From positions 2,016-66,015 of the forward strand of contig JAZRSO010000036.1 of the NCBI GenBank assembly GCA_045651525.1: DNA of 64,000 bases, written 5' to 3'. The DNA is from Candidatus Enterousia sp. (GTDB taxonomy: Bacteria; Pseudomonadota; Alphaproteobacteria; Rs-D84). Below, piece after piece: positions 45,383 through 54,265 of the stretch. Both the position numbers and the translations under genes were made by a program. The notes beneath the pieces were generated by a model. It saw nothing but the letters and a program-made list of their open reading frames with translations, made no database searches and was not told the DNA's origin. How positions within the stretch are numbered: position 1 is the first letter of the stretch; the number at the start of each line of letters is the position of its first letter.

Positions 45383-46824
45383 TGTTAAAAGCAAAGTTGA
45401 TTTTATTTCTTGTCAAGGCTGTTATGTGGGGGGCAGTAATCGGTATTGGAATTTGGTACCTGTCTTCTTCGCTGGGGGGCGCGTCACTGACATATACCAG
45501 TGTTGATAAATTTTTAAATGCCGCAGGCGTAGAAAATGGCGACATATCAACTGCAAACGGATGTTTTATGTGCCGATATGTTCACGATTTATTTTCTGTT
45601 CTGGGGGTTGCCACAGACAAATTCTGGAACGCTATGCTGGACAGTTTGTGGGTACTGATTGTTGTTGGATTTGGTATTTTCTTGATTATACATGCAACAA
45701 AACATATTTACGAGGCCGCCAAAGCAACCACAAAACTTAGCACAACAGAAAAAAAACTAGAATTTAAATCATGGTTTGATCAAGTTTGGAAACGCGCCAT
45801 CAGAATCATGATTGTTGGCACAATGATTGGTGCGCTGGGCATGGGCGGAACGGGCGCACTTAAAACAATAACCAACATAACTATTAAACCGGTTATGTGG
45901 CTGGGGGCAGAATTATCAATGGCTGCAACAGGCGTAACCAGTGCAGCACAATGTAACGCGCTATCACAAACATCACAAGACCCAGAAGATATTTTAAATC
46001 CTGTGCTGCAACCATTTATGTGCGTTGTTGGAAATATCAACAGTGTTATGCTGGCAGGCGCCGCTGGTGGATTTGCGCTGATGAACTATTCTTGGTTGGG
46101 GCTGGGTGGTGGATTGTTTACATGGCTGGCAGGTTTTGGTTTGGTTTTAATGTTTTTGTTTATCGGGTTTGATTTGTTCTTTCAAATACTGTCAGTTATA
46201 TTTAAACTGGTATTTATAATTATATTTTTGCCATTGTTATTGGCGTCGTACGCCTTTGAGGGCGCATGGTCTGTGGCCAGCGGACTTGTCAATAAATCTG
46301 TTGATATGTTGGTATCCAGCGCAGTCAGAATTGTTGCAATTACATTAAAAGTTTTGATTGTTTATGCAACTGTATCGTATTCGGCAGATACTTTTTTTCC
46401 ATCGCCTAATGACGGATACAGTGCGATTTTACCACCACTGATGGGACAAAAGGTAAAAAATCCAGATGCACAAACACTGTCTGTAATGAACGTATTTTCA
46501 ACATGTGAACAAGTCGCGCTGGCTGGTAACGAAATGAACAAAGAAGCATTTGTAAACTGTTTTAACGCACGCAAAGCAGAAGTTGAACGCAAATATCCAA
46601 ATGCGTTTGACTTTTTAAGTAATGGTTGGGACTTTTTAGTATTGATGGCGGCTATATTCTTCTTATACTACTATGCAATCAGTCCAAAAGTTGATAAACT
46701 GTTGGGCAAAGACGGAAAAGAAGTGTTTGATTATGGCCAATGGATGAAAGACATTGGAACACAGGTATGGAAATTTCCTGCGTCAATAACAGAAAAAATA
46801 ACAAGTAAACTTGGTAAAAGCTAG
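45382..46824 (+). CDS. virB6: VirB6/TrbL-like membrane protein, paralog D
   Basis: 480 aa. CFMC motif (45562-45573), IKPVMWLGA, and the block FIGFDLFFQILSVIFKLVFIIIFLPLLLASYAF. TAATG overlap with paralog C. Confidence 0.55.
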   Translation: MLKAKLILFLVKAVMWGAVIGIGIWYLSSSLGGASLTYTSVDKFLNAAGVENGDISTANGCFMCRYVHDLFSVLGVATDKFWNAMLDSLWVLIVVGFGIFLIIHATKHIYEAAKATTKLSTTEKKLEFKSWFDQVWKRAIRIMIVGTMIGALGMGGTGALKTITNITIKPVMWLGAELSMAATGVTSAAQCNALSQTSQDPEDILNPVLQPFMCVVGNINSVMLAGAAGGFALMNYSWLGLGGGLFTWLAGFGLVLMFLFIGFDLFFQILSVIFKLVFIIIFLPLLLASYAFEGAWSVASGLVNKSVDMLVSSAVRIVAITLKVLIVYATVSYSADTFFPSPNDGYSAILPPLMGQKVKNPDAQTLSVMNVFSTCEQVALAGNEMNKEAFVNCFNARKAEVERKYPNAFDFLSNGWDFLVLMAAIFFLYYYAISPKVDKLLGKDGKEVFDYGQWMKDIGTQVWKFPASITEKITSKLGKS

Positions 46825-48138
46825 ATGAGAATATTGCGTAATATTTTGACAAGGATTATATTGGCATGCACTTTGATATTTGCAACAGTGCCTGCATTAT
46901 GCGCAAGCTCAAATATCCCCAGCACAACAACAGCAGGAATGGCAGACGTCGGCGAATTTGGATTATGGGCAACAGAAACAAATCAAAAAAGATATCTAAA
47001 CAGTCTTAGATACGATATAGAACAATTCCAAGGCACATCAAGAACACAAAATGTCGCAGACTATGTCCCAATAGAAGCCAAGGTAGGTCTGGCGTTTATG
47101 AACGCGTTTTCATACATTGCACATGTTCTGGATTCTTCACTGGGGCGGTTTACGATAATATTTATAATCATCGCTTATGGATTTTGGCTGTTTTTTGAAG
47201 CATACACAATTATTTCTGGACAAAGCAAAGTAGATGAAAAAATAAAAGAAATGGCAAAAACTGGATTAAAAGTTGCCGCATGGGTGACGGTATTAGCTAT
47301 TGGTCCTGCGCAAATATTTATGATGTTGATGTCGCCAATTTTATATATCAGCACATTGTTTTCTGATATTATTTTAAACGCGGCGACGGCTGTTGTAGAT
47401 GAAAGTTTACTACCAAACACTTGCAAGGCAATTCATCAATACACCGAAGCAAATATATCACCAAACAATATCATAGACCCTGTTTCCGCCGCTAATATTA
47501 TGTGCGTACCAACACGATTATCTGGATTCTGTTACAACGCAATAAAAATGGGCTGGCAATGGATGGGTATTGGAATTGGTTCCAGTGGATTTGCGTTTTT
47601 ATGTGGCTTGGCGTTTGTTGTTGGTTTTTTATACGTTGCATGGAAATTCGCTTTTATCGCATTTGGTGTTATCGCAGATTTATTCTTGGGTATTATAATG
47701 TTGCCATTTACAGCAATTGCAGAAACAACTGCAAAAACAACGTACAAAGGAATCGCAGGTAATATATTTAACGGATTTCTAAAATTATTCTCGGCAGAAA
47801 CACTAAATACACAAATATCGCGTTTTATAAACGCAGCGTTACATTTTGTTGCGCTATCAATTATCATTGCGGTTTGTGCAGCTTTGTTATCTACGACAAT
47901 GAACACAAACAATCCTGAAATGATACCACAAATAAATGACCAAAGTTTTTGGATTACAATGATAATGGCAGCATTAACGTGGTGGTTGGCGAAAAAAGCA
48001 TCAGATTTCGCATCAGAAATGGGTGGCAAAATATCTTATGATATGGGAACCGCACTTCAAAAAGACGCTGACAATTTATGGTCCAGCACAAAGAAAGGCG
48101 CCAAAACCGTTATTAAAATCATACGAAACAGAAAATAA
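46825..48138 (+). CDS. virB6: VirB6/TrbL-like membrane protein, paralog E (signal peptide)
   Basis: 437 aa. Signal peptide ...ATVPALCAS and the block AFGVIADLFLGIIMLPFTAIAE. The ATG directly follows the stop of paralog D. Confidence 0.5.
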   Translation: MRILRNILTRIILACTLIFATVPALCASSNIPSTTTAGMADVGEFGLWATETNQKRYLNSLRYDIEQFQGTSRTQNVADYVPIEAKVGLAFMNAFSYIAHVLDSSLGRFTIIFIIIAYGFWLFFEAYTIISGQSKVDEKIKEMAKTGLKVAAWVTVLAIGPAQIFMMLMSPILYISTLFSDIILNAATAVVDESLLPNTCKAIHQYTEANISPNNIIDPVSAANIMCVPTRLSGFCYNAIKMGWQWMGIGIGSSGFAFLCGLAFVVGFLYVAWKFAFIAFGVIADLFLGIIMLPFTAIAETTAKTTYKGIAGNIFNGFLKLFSAETLNTQISRFINAALHFVALSIIIAVCAALLSTTMNTNNPEMIPQINDQSFWITMIMAALTWWLAKKASDFASEMGGKISYDMGTALQKDADNLWSSTKKGAKTVIKIIRNRK

Positions 48139-48194
48139 CATACTGGTATCTATACCTTGAAAAGGGTGAATTTATATTCTATACTGCGGATGTT

Positions 48195-49253
48195 ATGAAT
48201 ATTCTAAAACGATATTTTTCACGTCAACTGGTGGCAATTTTTATAATGCTGTTGCTGGTTTTAACAGGTTTGGCATGGATGATGCAAATTATGTCCATGA
48301 TGAAGTTCTTGTTAAAATACGGTATTGATTTAGGTGATTTTATCGGTTTAACAGCATTAATGATTCCGTTTATTGCATCAATTGTTGTACCTTTTGTTTG
48401 TTTTATCGCGGTTATATTTGTCTATAACAAAATGATTGCAGATAATGAAATTACTGTTATGGCGGCATCTGGTTTGTCGCCGTTGCAAATTGCACGTCCT
48501 GCACTGCGACTGGGGGCGTTATTGACCATATTAAATCTAATTCTGACAATTTGGATTGTACCACAAAGTCAATCTCTGTTTTATGATATGCAATGGAATT
48601 TAAAGTATGGTATGGCACATATGAAATTGCAAGAAGGGGCTTTTACAGAAATATCTGATGGGCTGGTTGTGTATGTAGATAAGGTGTCAAATCATGACCT
48701 TAGCCAGGTAATGCTGTCTGACACACGCAAAAAAAATGCCCCCAGTGCAATATTTGCAGAAAAAGGAAAATTAGTTACAACACCACGCGGATTGTCACTG
48801 GTCATGACAAATGGCGCATTACAATCAACGGGCAAACAAAAAGTAACAGGTACATTTGATACATTTGATATGGACTTGAACGTTGTTGAAAAAAGTAATG
48901 AAAATTCTTTCCGGGTCAGACGAATTCCAACACGCAGTTTGTTACATATCGCATTTGATGCAAAAACAAAAAAACAGCATAAAATGATTTTAACAGAACT
49001 GTGCAGCAGATTCCTGGGACCATTTATGAATTTAATATTGGCGGCATTATGTGCAACAATACTGTTACGTTCATCGCTGTTGCGTCGCAGAACCAGCTTT
49101 GCACCGGTGTTGGCTGTGGCGTCTATGGCGGGTGTTATGGCAATATATATGTCTGTTTCTAATATGATTGGCAGTTTATCTGAATTTGTCTTGTTGGCAT
49201 TGGGATTAATTTTAACATTCAGTTTAATAATGATGCAGTTGGCAAAAAAATGA
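48195..49253 (+). CDS. LPS export ABC permease, LptF/LptG (YjgP/YjgQ) family
   Basis: MNILKRYFSRQL... N-terminus, 3+3 TM helices around a periplasmic domain, and an ATGA overlap with lptD. Confidence 0.75.
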   Translation: MNILKRYFSRQLVAIFIMLLLVLTGLAWMMQIMSMMKFLLKYGIDLGDFIGLTALMIPFIASIVVPFVCFIAVIFVYNKMIADNEITVMAASGLSPLQIARPALRLGALLTILNLILTIWIVPQSQSLFYDMQWNLKYGMAHMKLQEGAFTEISDGLVVYVDKVSNHDLSQVMLSDTRKKNAPSAIFAEKGKLVTTPRGLSLVMTNGALQSTGKQKVTGTFDTFDMDLNVVEKSNENSFRVRRIPTRSLLHIAFDAKTKKQHKMILTELCSRFLGPFMNLILAALCATILLRSSLLRRRTSFAPVLAVASMAGVMAIYMSVSNMIGSLSEFVLLALGLILTFSLIMMQLAKK

Positions 49254-51265
49254 AAAAATTAAAAGCATCTTTATTGGCATATCTTTGCATCATCGCACAC
49301 GCGTATGGTTTAGGAATTGATGTAAACGAACCAAAAACAGTTGTCGCAGATAAAATTGAATACAACGTAAAATCCGAAGAAATAAAAACTGTTGGCAACA
49401 CAGAAATTACAAATAAATCAGGTCAACGTATGACACTGGTTGATTCTTATATATCATCCAAGGGCGACAATGTATCTGGTAACGACATTCAATTATGGCT
49501 GGGACATCATATATATGTTGAATCTAAAAATATTGTACGTGACGGCAACATAACAGTCGCACGGGACGCACTGTTCACAGCATGTGCAGACTGTGATTCT
49601 TATGGCGAAGCATGGGAAATATGGGCAAAAAAGTTTACACACAATATGGACGAACGTATGATGTCTTTCGTCAGCCCTGTATTTTATGTGTATGATTTGC
49701 CGGTATTTTGGTTCCCTTATATTCAAATGCCAGACCCAGGCGTAAAATATAAATCTGGAATTTTAATGCCTGATATGGGTTCAACAAACAAAATGGGAAC
49801 ACAGATAAACATACCGTTTTACCTGTCTTTGTCAGATACACATGACATGACATTTACATTTTCATATCTGACCCAAGAAAACCCATTATTTCAGGCGGAA
49901 CATCGTTTAAACGCAAATCATGCAGAATTTAGAACCCGTGGTTCTTTTACCCGTAACAAGGCAGGCGAAAATCGTTGGCACGTATTTAATAACGACATTA
50001 TTGAACTGGGCGAAAATGCACGCGCAACAGTGTTTTTGGAGCGCACATCAGATAAAACTTATTTACAAAAATACGGATTTTATGATTCACAGCCATATCT
50101 TGATTCTGGCGCAAAGTTAGAGATTTTTGGGCAAAGCAGTTACGCCGTTGCAGATGCGCACTTTTTCCAAGAATTACGCGAACGTTCAAACCGATACGCA
50201 GTTCCAGATGGAAACATTTTACCAAATATTCGTGCAGTACATCAAACAGCGCCAATATTCGGTGAAACCTATGCAACATTTGCAGCAGATATTCTGGGCA
50301 TTTCTGGGGATGGAACGTCATCACAGCGTATGATTGGTGATATACAGCTTACTACACCTTGGACACTGTGGGGCGGAAACAGATTGACCGCCAATGTATC
50401 TGCCAGATATGATTTATATAATTTTAACAACACAAAAATGATTGATAATTCTGTGTATTCTGGTGTAAAAAGCAGATTTTTACCAAGCGGATATTTAGAA
50501 TGGGGGTTGCCATTGTTTAAACCAACAAAAACATGGACCCAGGTCATCGAACCACGCGCCAGAATTACTATTATGCGAAAAATGGACGAAGCTGGATTCT
50601 TGTTAAACAATGATTCCGCAGGAACAGTGTTGACAGACACAACATTATTTTCTGACAATCGTTTTGCAGGCTTTGATTTGTGGGAAAATGGGACATATGC
50701 GGACTATGGTGCGCGTTGGTACGCATATAACAACAAAGGCAAAAGTTTTGAAATTTTCCTGGGGCAATCATATGACTTTACAGACAAAGACGTTATTGAT
50801 TCAAACAGTGGGTTCCGTAATGGATTATCAGACTATGTTGGACGCGTCAGTTACAATAATGCAAAATGGTTGCGTTTTGCATCGCGTTTCAGATTAAACC
50901 AAGAAACATTGGGACTTAGCCACATGGAAACATCTGCAAACATCGGACAAAAAGGAGTCTATTTAAATATAGGGCATATTTGGTCTGAAAACCTGAACGA
51001 AACACTAACAGGAATGGAAGATGTTCACGAAGCTGTAATTGGTGCCAGTGTAAAATTATCAGACAGATTAACCGCCAGATGGACAGGTATATATAATGTT
51101 GAATCAGACGCGTTTCAAAGTCATACAGGTGGTATATTTTATAATCATCCTTGTTATTATATATCTGCACAATATCGTCGTGATAATGCAAGAAAAAATG
51201 ACTATGTCGGAAACACAACTTTTCAGTTTAAATTTGGTATGGCAATCGATGGCCAACAGTACTGA
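49250..51265 (+). CDS. lptD: LPS-assembly outer-membrane protein LptD
   Basis: 671 aa. Signal peptide, an OstA-like N-domain (ADKIEYN...), a large beta-barrel, and synteny with lptF/G and surA. Confidence 0.8.
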   Translation: MKKLKASLLAYLCIIAHAYGLGIDVNEPKTVVADKIEYNVKSEEIKTVGNTEITNKSGQRMTLVDSYISSKGDNVSGNDIQLWLGHHIYVESKNIVRDGNITVARDALFTACADCDSYGEAWEIWAKKFTHNMDERMMSFVSPVFYVYDLPVFWFPYIQMPDPGVKYKSGILMPDMGSTNKMGTQINIPFYLSLSDTHDMTFTFSYLTQENPLFQAEHRLNANHAEFRTRGSFTRNKAGENRWHVFNNDIIELGENARATVFLERTSDKTYLQKYGFYDSQPYLDSGAKLEIFGQSSYAVADAHFFQELRERSNRYAVPDGNILPNIRAVHQTAPIFGETYATFAADILGISGDGTSSQRMIGDIQLTTPWTLWGGNRLTANVSARYDLYNFNNTKMIDNSVYSGVKSRFLPSGYLEWGLPLFKPTKTWTQVIEPRARITIMRKMDEAGFLLNNDSAGTVLTDTTLFSDNRFAGFDLWENGTYADYGARWYAYNNKGKSFEIFLGQSYDFTDKDVIDSNSGFRNGLSDYVGRVSYNNAKWLRFASRFRLNQETLGLSHMETSANIGQKGVYLNIGHIWSENLNETLTGMEDVHEAVIGASVKLSDRLTARWTGIYNVESDAFQSHTGGIFYNHPCYYISAQYRRDNARKNDYVGNTTFQFKFGMAIDGQQY

Positions 51266-51285
51266 TAAAAATAGAAAGGAAGAAA

Positions 51286-52113
51286 ATGAAATACTGTAAA
51301 TTTTTAACAATGTTTGCCTTGGTTCTGTTTACAATGCCTGTGTTTGGGGCATCTGTTGTTGCAAATATAAACGGCACACCGATAACAGATACAGATATTA
51401 CTGCACGCACAAAACTGATGGCAAAACAAGGCAAAACATCAACTGACAATCGTCGCGTGGCACTGCAAAGTATTATTGATGATAATATTAAAATATCTTA
51501 TGCGGGTAACTTTAATGCACTGCCAGACGATAAAACCGTTGAACAAGAATTCAAAAAAATGAATCTTGGTGATTTATCAAAATCAGAAATAGAGATGGCG
51601 AAAAATTCGCTGCGTGCAGAAATCGCATGGCAAATTATTGTTGGACGTACAATACTGCCAACTGTTGATGTGTCAGACGAAGATATAAATGCAGAAAAAG
51701 TAAATCTGGCACGTGAACATGGTCTGCCGATTGAAATGACAATAATCCGCCTGACAGATATTCCAAATGACATTGCTGCACACTTAACAAAACCAAAATC
51801 ATGTGACAATGCGATTGAGATTGCAGAAAACCTGGGTGGCACGCCACAGAAATTTACTGCATTGCAATATGAATTATCGGCGGATGTGCGTGAACGCGTG
51901 GCAGGGTTAAAAAATCTGACGTGGTCACCGGTACAAGACGGAACTGTTTTACTGGTATGCGATACAAAAAAGACCAGCGAATATAAAAATCTGGATACAA
52001 TTATCAAACAAAATGCACAATATAAGCAGGCGATGTTCTTGGCTGACCAACAATTAAAACAACTGCGACGCAAGGCAGTTATTGTAATAAACGATGACAG
52101 ATATAAACTATGA
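51286..52113 (+). CDS. surA: SurA-like periplasmic chaperone (N-domain type, no obvious parvulin signature)
   Basis: Signal peptide ...MPVFGA, then VVANINGTPITDTDI and the lptD-surA synteny. Short at 275 aa. Confidence 0.6.
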   Translation: MKYCKFLTMFALVLFTMPVFGASVVANINGTPITDTDITARTKLMAKQGKTSTDNRRVALQSIIDDNIKISYAGNFNALPDDKTVEQEFKKMNLGDLSKSEIEMAKNSLRAEIAWQIIVGRTILPTVDVSDEDINAEKVNLAREHGLPIEMTIIRLTDIPNDIAAHLTKPKSCDNAIEIAENLGGTPQKFTALQYELSADVRERVAGLKNLTWSPVQDGTVLLVCDTKKTSEYKNLDTIIKQNAQYKQAMFLADQQLKQLRRKAVIVINDDRYKL

Positions 52114-53216
52114 AACCAGTATTATTTAACTTTACAGACGCAGAACTTGAAAAATATTTAGCAGATATGGGTCAGCCACGTTTTCGCGCAAAGCAAATTC
52201 GCGAATGGTTAAATCGTGGTGCACCTGATTTTTCTGTGATGAAAAACATTCCGGAAAAACTGCGTATTGATTTAGATAACAACGCACAAACACTGCCATT
52301 AAAAATTGTAAAAAAACTGGAATCATCCGACGGCGAAACAACCAAGTTCTTGCTGGAAATGACAGACGGCGAACAGATTGAGTGTGTTTTAATGCGAACA
52401 ACATACGGAAACAGCGTTTGTGTCAGTTCGCAGGCCGGTTGTGCGATGGGATGTAAATTCTGCGCCAGTACACTGTTGGGATTAAAACGCAATTTAACAG
52501 CAAACGAAATTTACGCACAAATTCTGGTGGCGCAATGGGAACTGCGTGGTGATAAATTCACAGACAAACCAATTCGTCCAAATGGCGACGCAAACAATAA
52601 TGATGTTTCACATATTGTAATTATGGGAACAGGCGAACCGTTACAAAACACAGAAAATGTTATCAACTTTATCGAACGCGCAAATTCACAAATGGGAATT
52701 GGCTGGCGCAGAATTACTGTATCAACATGTGGTATTGTTCCCGGGATTGACAGGTTGATAGAGTGGGGCCGACCAATAAACTTGGCCATATCACTGCATG
52801 CACCAACAGATGAATTACGCAGTCAAATTATGCCAATAAATAACAAGTATAAAATTGATGAGGTTATGGATGCGGCATGGCGTTTTACAGACCTGCATAA
52901 TCGTCAGTTAATGATTGAATATATATTACTGGGCAAGCGCGATGAAAACGGAGATGTTATTTTATATAACGCAACACCTGAATATGCAGACAAATTATCT
53001 GAAATTTTACGTAACAAGAACTGTATGGTAAATTTAATTCCATGGAACGCGGTTGATGAACGTGATTTTGCGTCACCGTCTGGAAATGCTGTACATAGAT
53101 TCCAAGATACGCTTATTAAAAATGGAATTCATACGCGTATCAGACGCGAACGCGGAACAGATATTGGGTCTGCGTGTGGTCAATTGCGCTTGAATAATAA
53201 AAAAGGCATAAAATGA
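52110..53216 (+). CDS. rlmN: 23S rRNA/tRNA (adenine-C2)-methyltransferase RlmN (radical SAM)
   Basis: FRAKQIREWL, the CX3CX2C motif in SSQAGCAMGCKFCAS, and C-terminal GSACGQL. Confidence 0.9.
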   Translation: MKPVLFNFTDAELEKYLADMGQPRFRAKQIREWLNRGAPDFSVMKNIPEKLRIDLDNNAQTLPLKIVKKLESSDGETTKFLLEMTDGEQIECVLMRTTYGNSVCVSSQAGCAMGCKFCASTLLGLKRNLTANEIYAQILVAQWELRGDKFTDKPIRPNGDANNNDVSHIVIMGTGEPLQNTENVINFIERANSQMGIGWRRITVSTCGIVPGIDRLIEWGRPINLAISLHAPTDELRSQIMPINNKYKIDEVMDAAWRFTDLHNRQLMIEYILLGKRDENGDVILYNATPEYADKLSEILRNKNCMVNLIPWNAVDERDFASPSGNAVHRFQDTLIKNGIHTRIRRERGTDIGSACGQLRLNNKKGIK

Positions 53217-53965
53217 ATTTAAAATATATTACATGTTCTGACCCACGTGAATCTTTGCAAATCAATGATTTAATAGAACTGACAAAAATATCGCCAAAGG
53301 TTGAAATCGGTATGCAATCACACCCCAGCGCGATGATGAGTGGACTGGACAGAAATATTTGGTTTAATCAATTTCTTGATTGGGCAGGAAAACAAAAAAC
53401 ACCTGTGAATATCGCAATGCATGTAAATTATCAATGGTGCGACAAAATGTGCACTGGCATAATCCCAACAGAAATCGCCAAATGGATGCAGTTACGCAAT
53501 GTTCATACTGACGCGCCTGTTATCAAAAGATGGCAGTTAAATATCGGCGATGGAACAAGTAACTTTGACGCAGAAAAAATCGCGCGTTTAATAGAAACGT
53601 TTCCAGAAAACGATTTCTTGTTCCCTTTTAACCCATACGTTCAATCCAAGATATCTGCATTATATAAAACAAATGCAAAGTTTTCTTTGATGTATGATTC
53701 TTCGTACGGTTATGGTATTTGCCCAGACAGATGGAATCCACCTGTTTATAACAACAGAAATATGGGATATGCAGGCGGTCTGTCACCAGAAAATGTTGCG
53801 CAGAATTTAGAAAAAATATCACAGGTTGTTCCAAAAGACTATACAACATGGATTGATGCAGAAGGCAAATTGATGATGCCAAATTCACGCACGTGGGACA
53901 TGAACAGGGTTACAAACTATGTCAAAAACGCACTTGCGTGGGAGGCAAATCAGAAAACAAAATAA
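53213..53965 (+). CDS. Hypothetical TIM-barrel-like protein with TrpF (PRAI)-like C-terminal motifs
   Basis: YDSSYGYGICPDRWNPP...GYAGGLSPENVAQNL...WIDAEGKL parallels TrpF LDS..GGTG..FDW...LAGGL.PENV...GVDVSSGVE. ATGA overlap with rlmN. Confidence 0.4.
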   Translation: MNLKYITCSDPRESLQINDLIELTKISPKVEIGMQSHPSAMMSGLDRNIWFNQFLDWAGKQKTPVNIAMHVNYQWCDKMCTGIIPTEIAKWMQLRNVHTDAPVIKRWQLNIGDGTSNFDAEKIARLIETFPENDFLFPFNPYVQSKISALYKTNAKFSLMYDSSYGYGICPDRWNPPVYNNRNMGYAGGLSPENVAQNLEKISQVVPKDYTTWIDAEGKLMMPNSRTWDMNRVTNYVKNALAWEANQKTK

Positions 53966-53987
53966 ATCCGGTTTTTACCGGATTTTT
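53964..53987 (+). terminator. Intrinsic terminator
   Basis: Stem ATCCGG/CCGGAT with loop ttttta, followed by T5. Confidence 0.65.
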
Positions 53988-54045
53988 AATTGAAAATATG
54001 AATTTATTTTTGTATCTTAAAACCACGTAACCTAAGGGAAAAATT

Positions 54046-54240
54046 ATGACAGATACAAAGTTGAGTTTTGAAGAAGCATACAAGCAATTAATGGAACTGG
54101 TCAAGAAAATGGAATCTGGTGAATTACCACTGGCTGATTCTGTCGCGGCATACGAACAAGGTATTAAATTAAAAGCATACTGCGAACAATTATTAAAAGA
54201 AGCAGAATTGAAAATTGAAACACTGAAAGTAAGCGAATAA
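54046..54240 (+). CDS. xseB: Exodeoxyribonuclease VII small subunit
   Basis: 64 aa. LSFEEAYKQLMELVKKMESGELPLADSVAAYEQGIKL matches the XseB pattern. Confidence 0.85.
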   Translation: MTDTKLSFEEAYKQLMELVKKMESGELPLADSVAAYEQGIKLKAYCEQLLKEAELKIETLKVSE

Positions 54241-54265
54241 TTATCTTTAACTAAACGGATTTGTC

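Noticed and set aside
47532-48029. 165-aa minus-strand ORF inside VirB6-like paralog E
   Set aside because: It is an antisense artefact of AT-rich, hydrophobic-codon sequence.
51498-52073. 191-aa minus-strand ORF inside the surA-like gene
   Set aside because: It is antisense, Ser/Arg/Cys-rich and lacks an RBS. The plus-strand frame has a signal peptide and synteny support.
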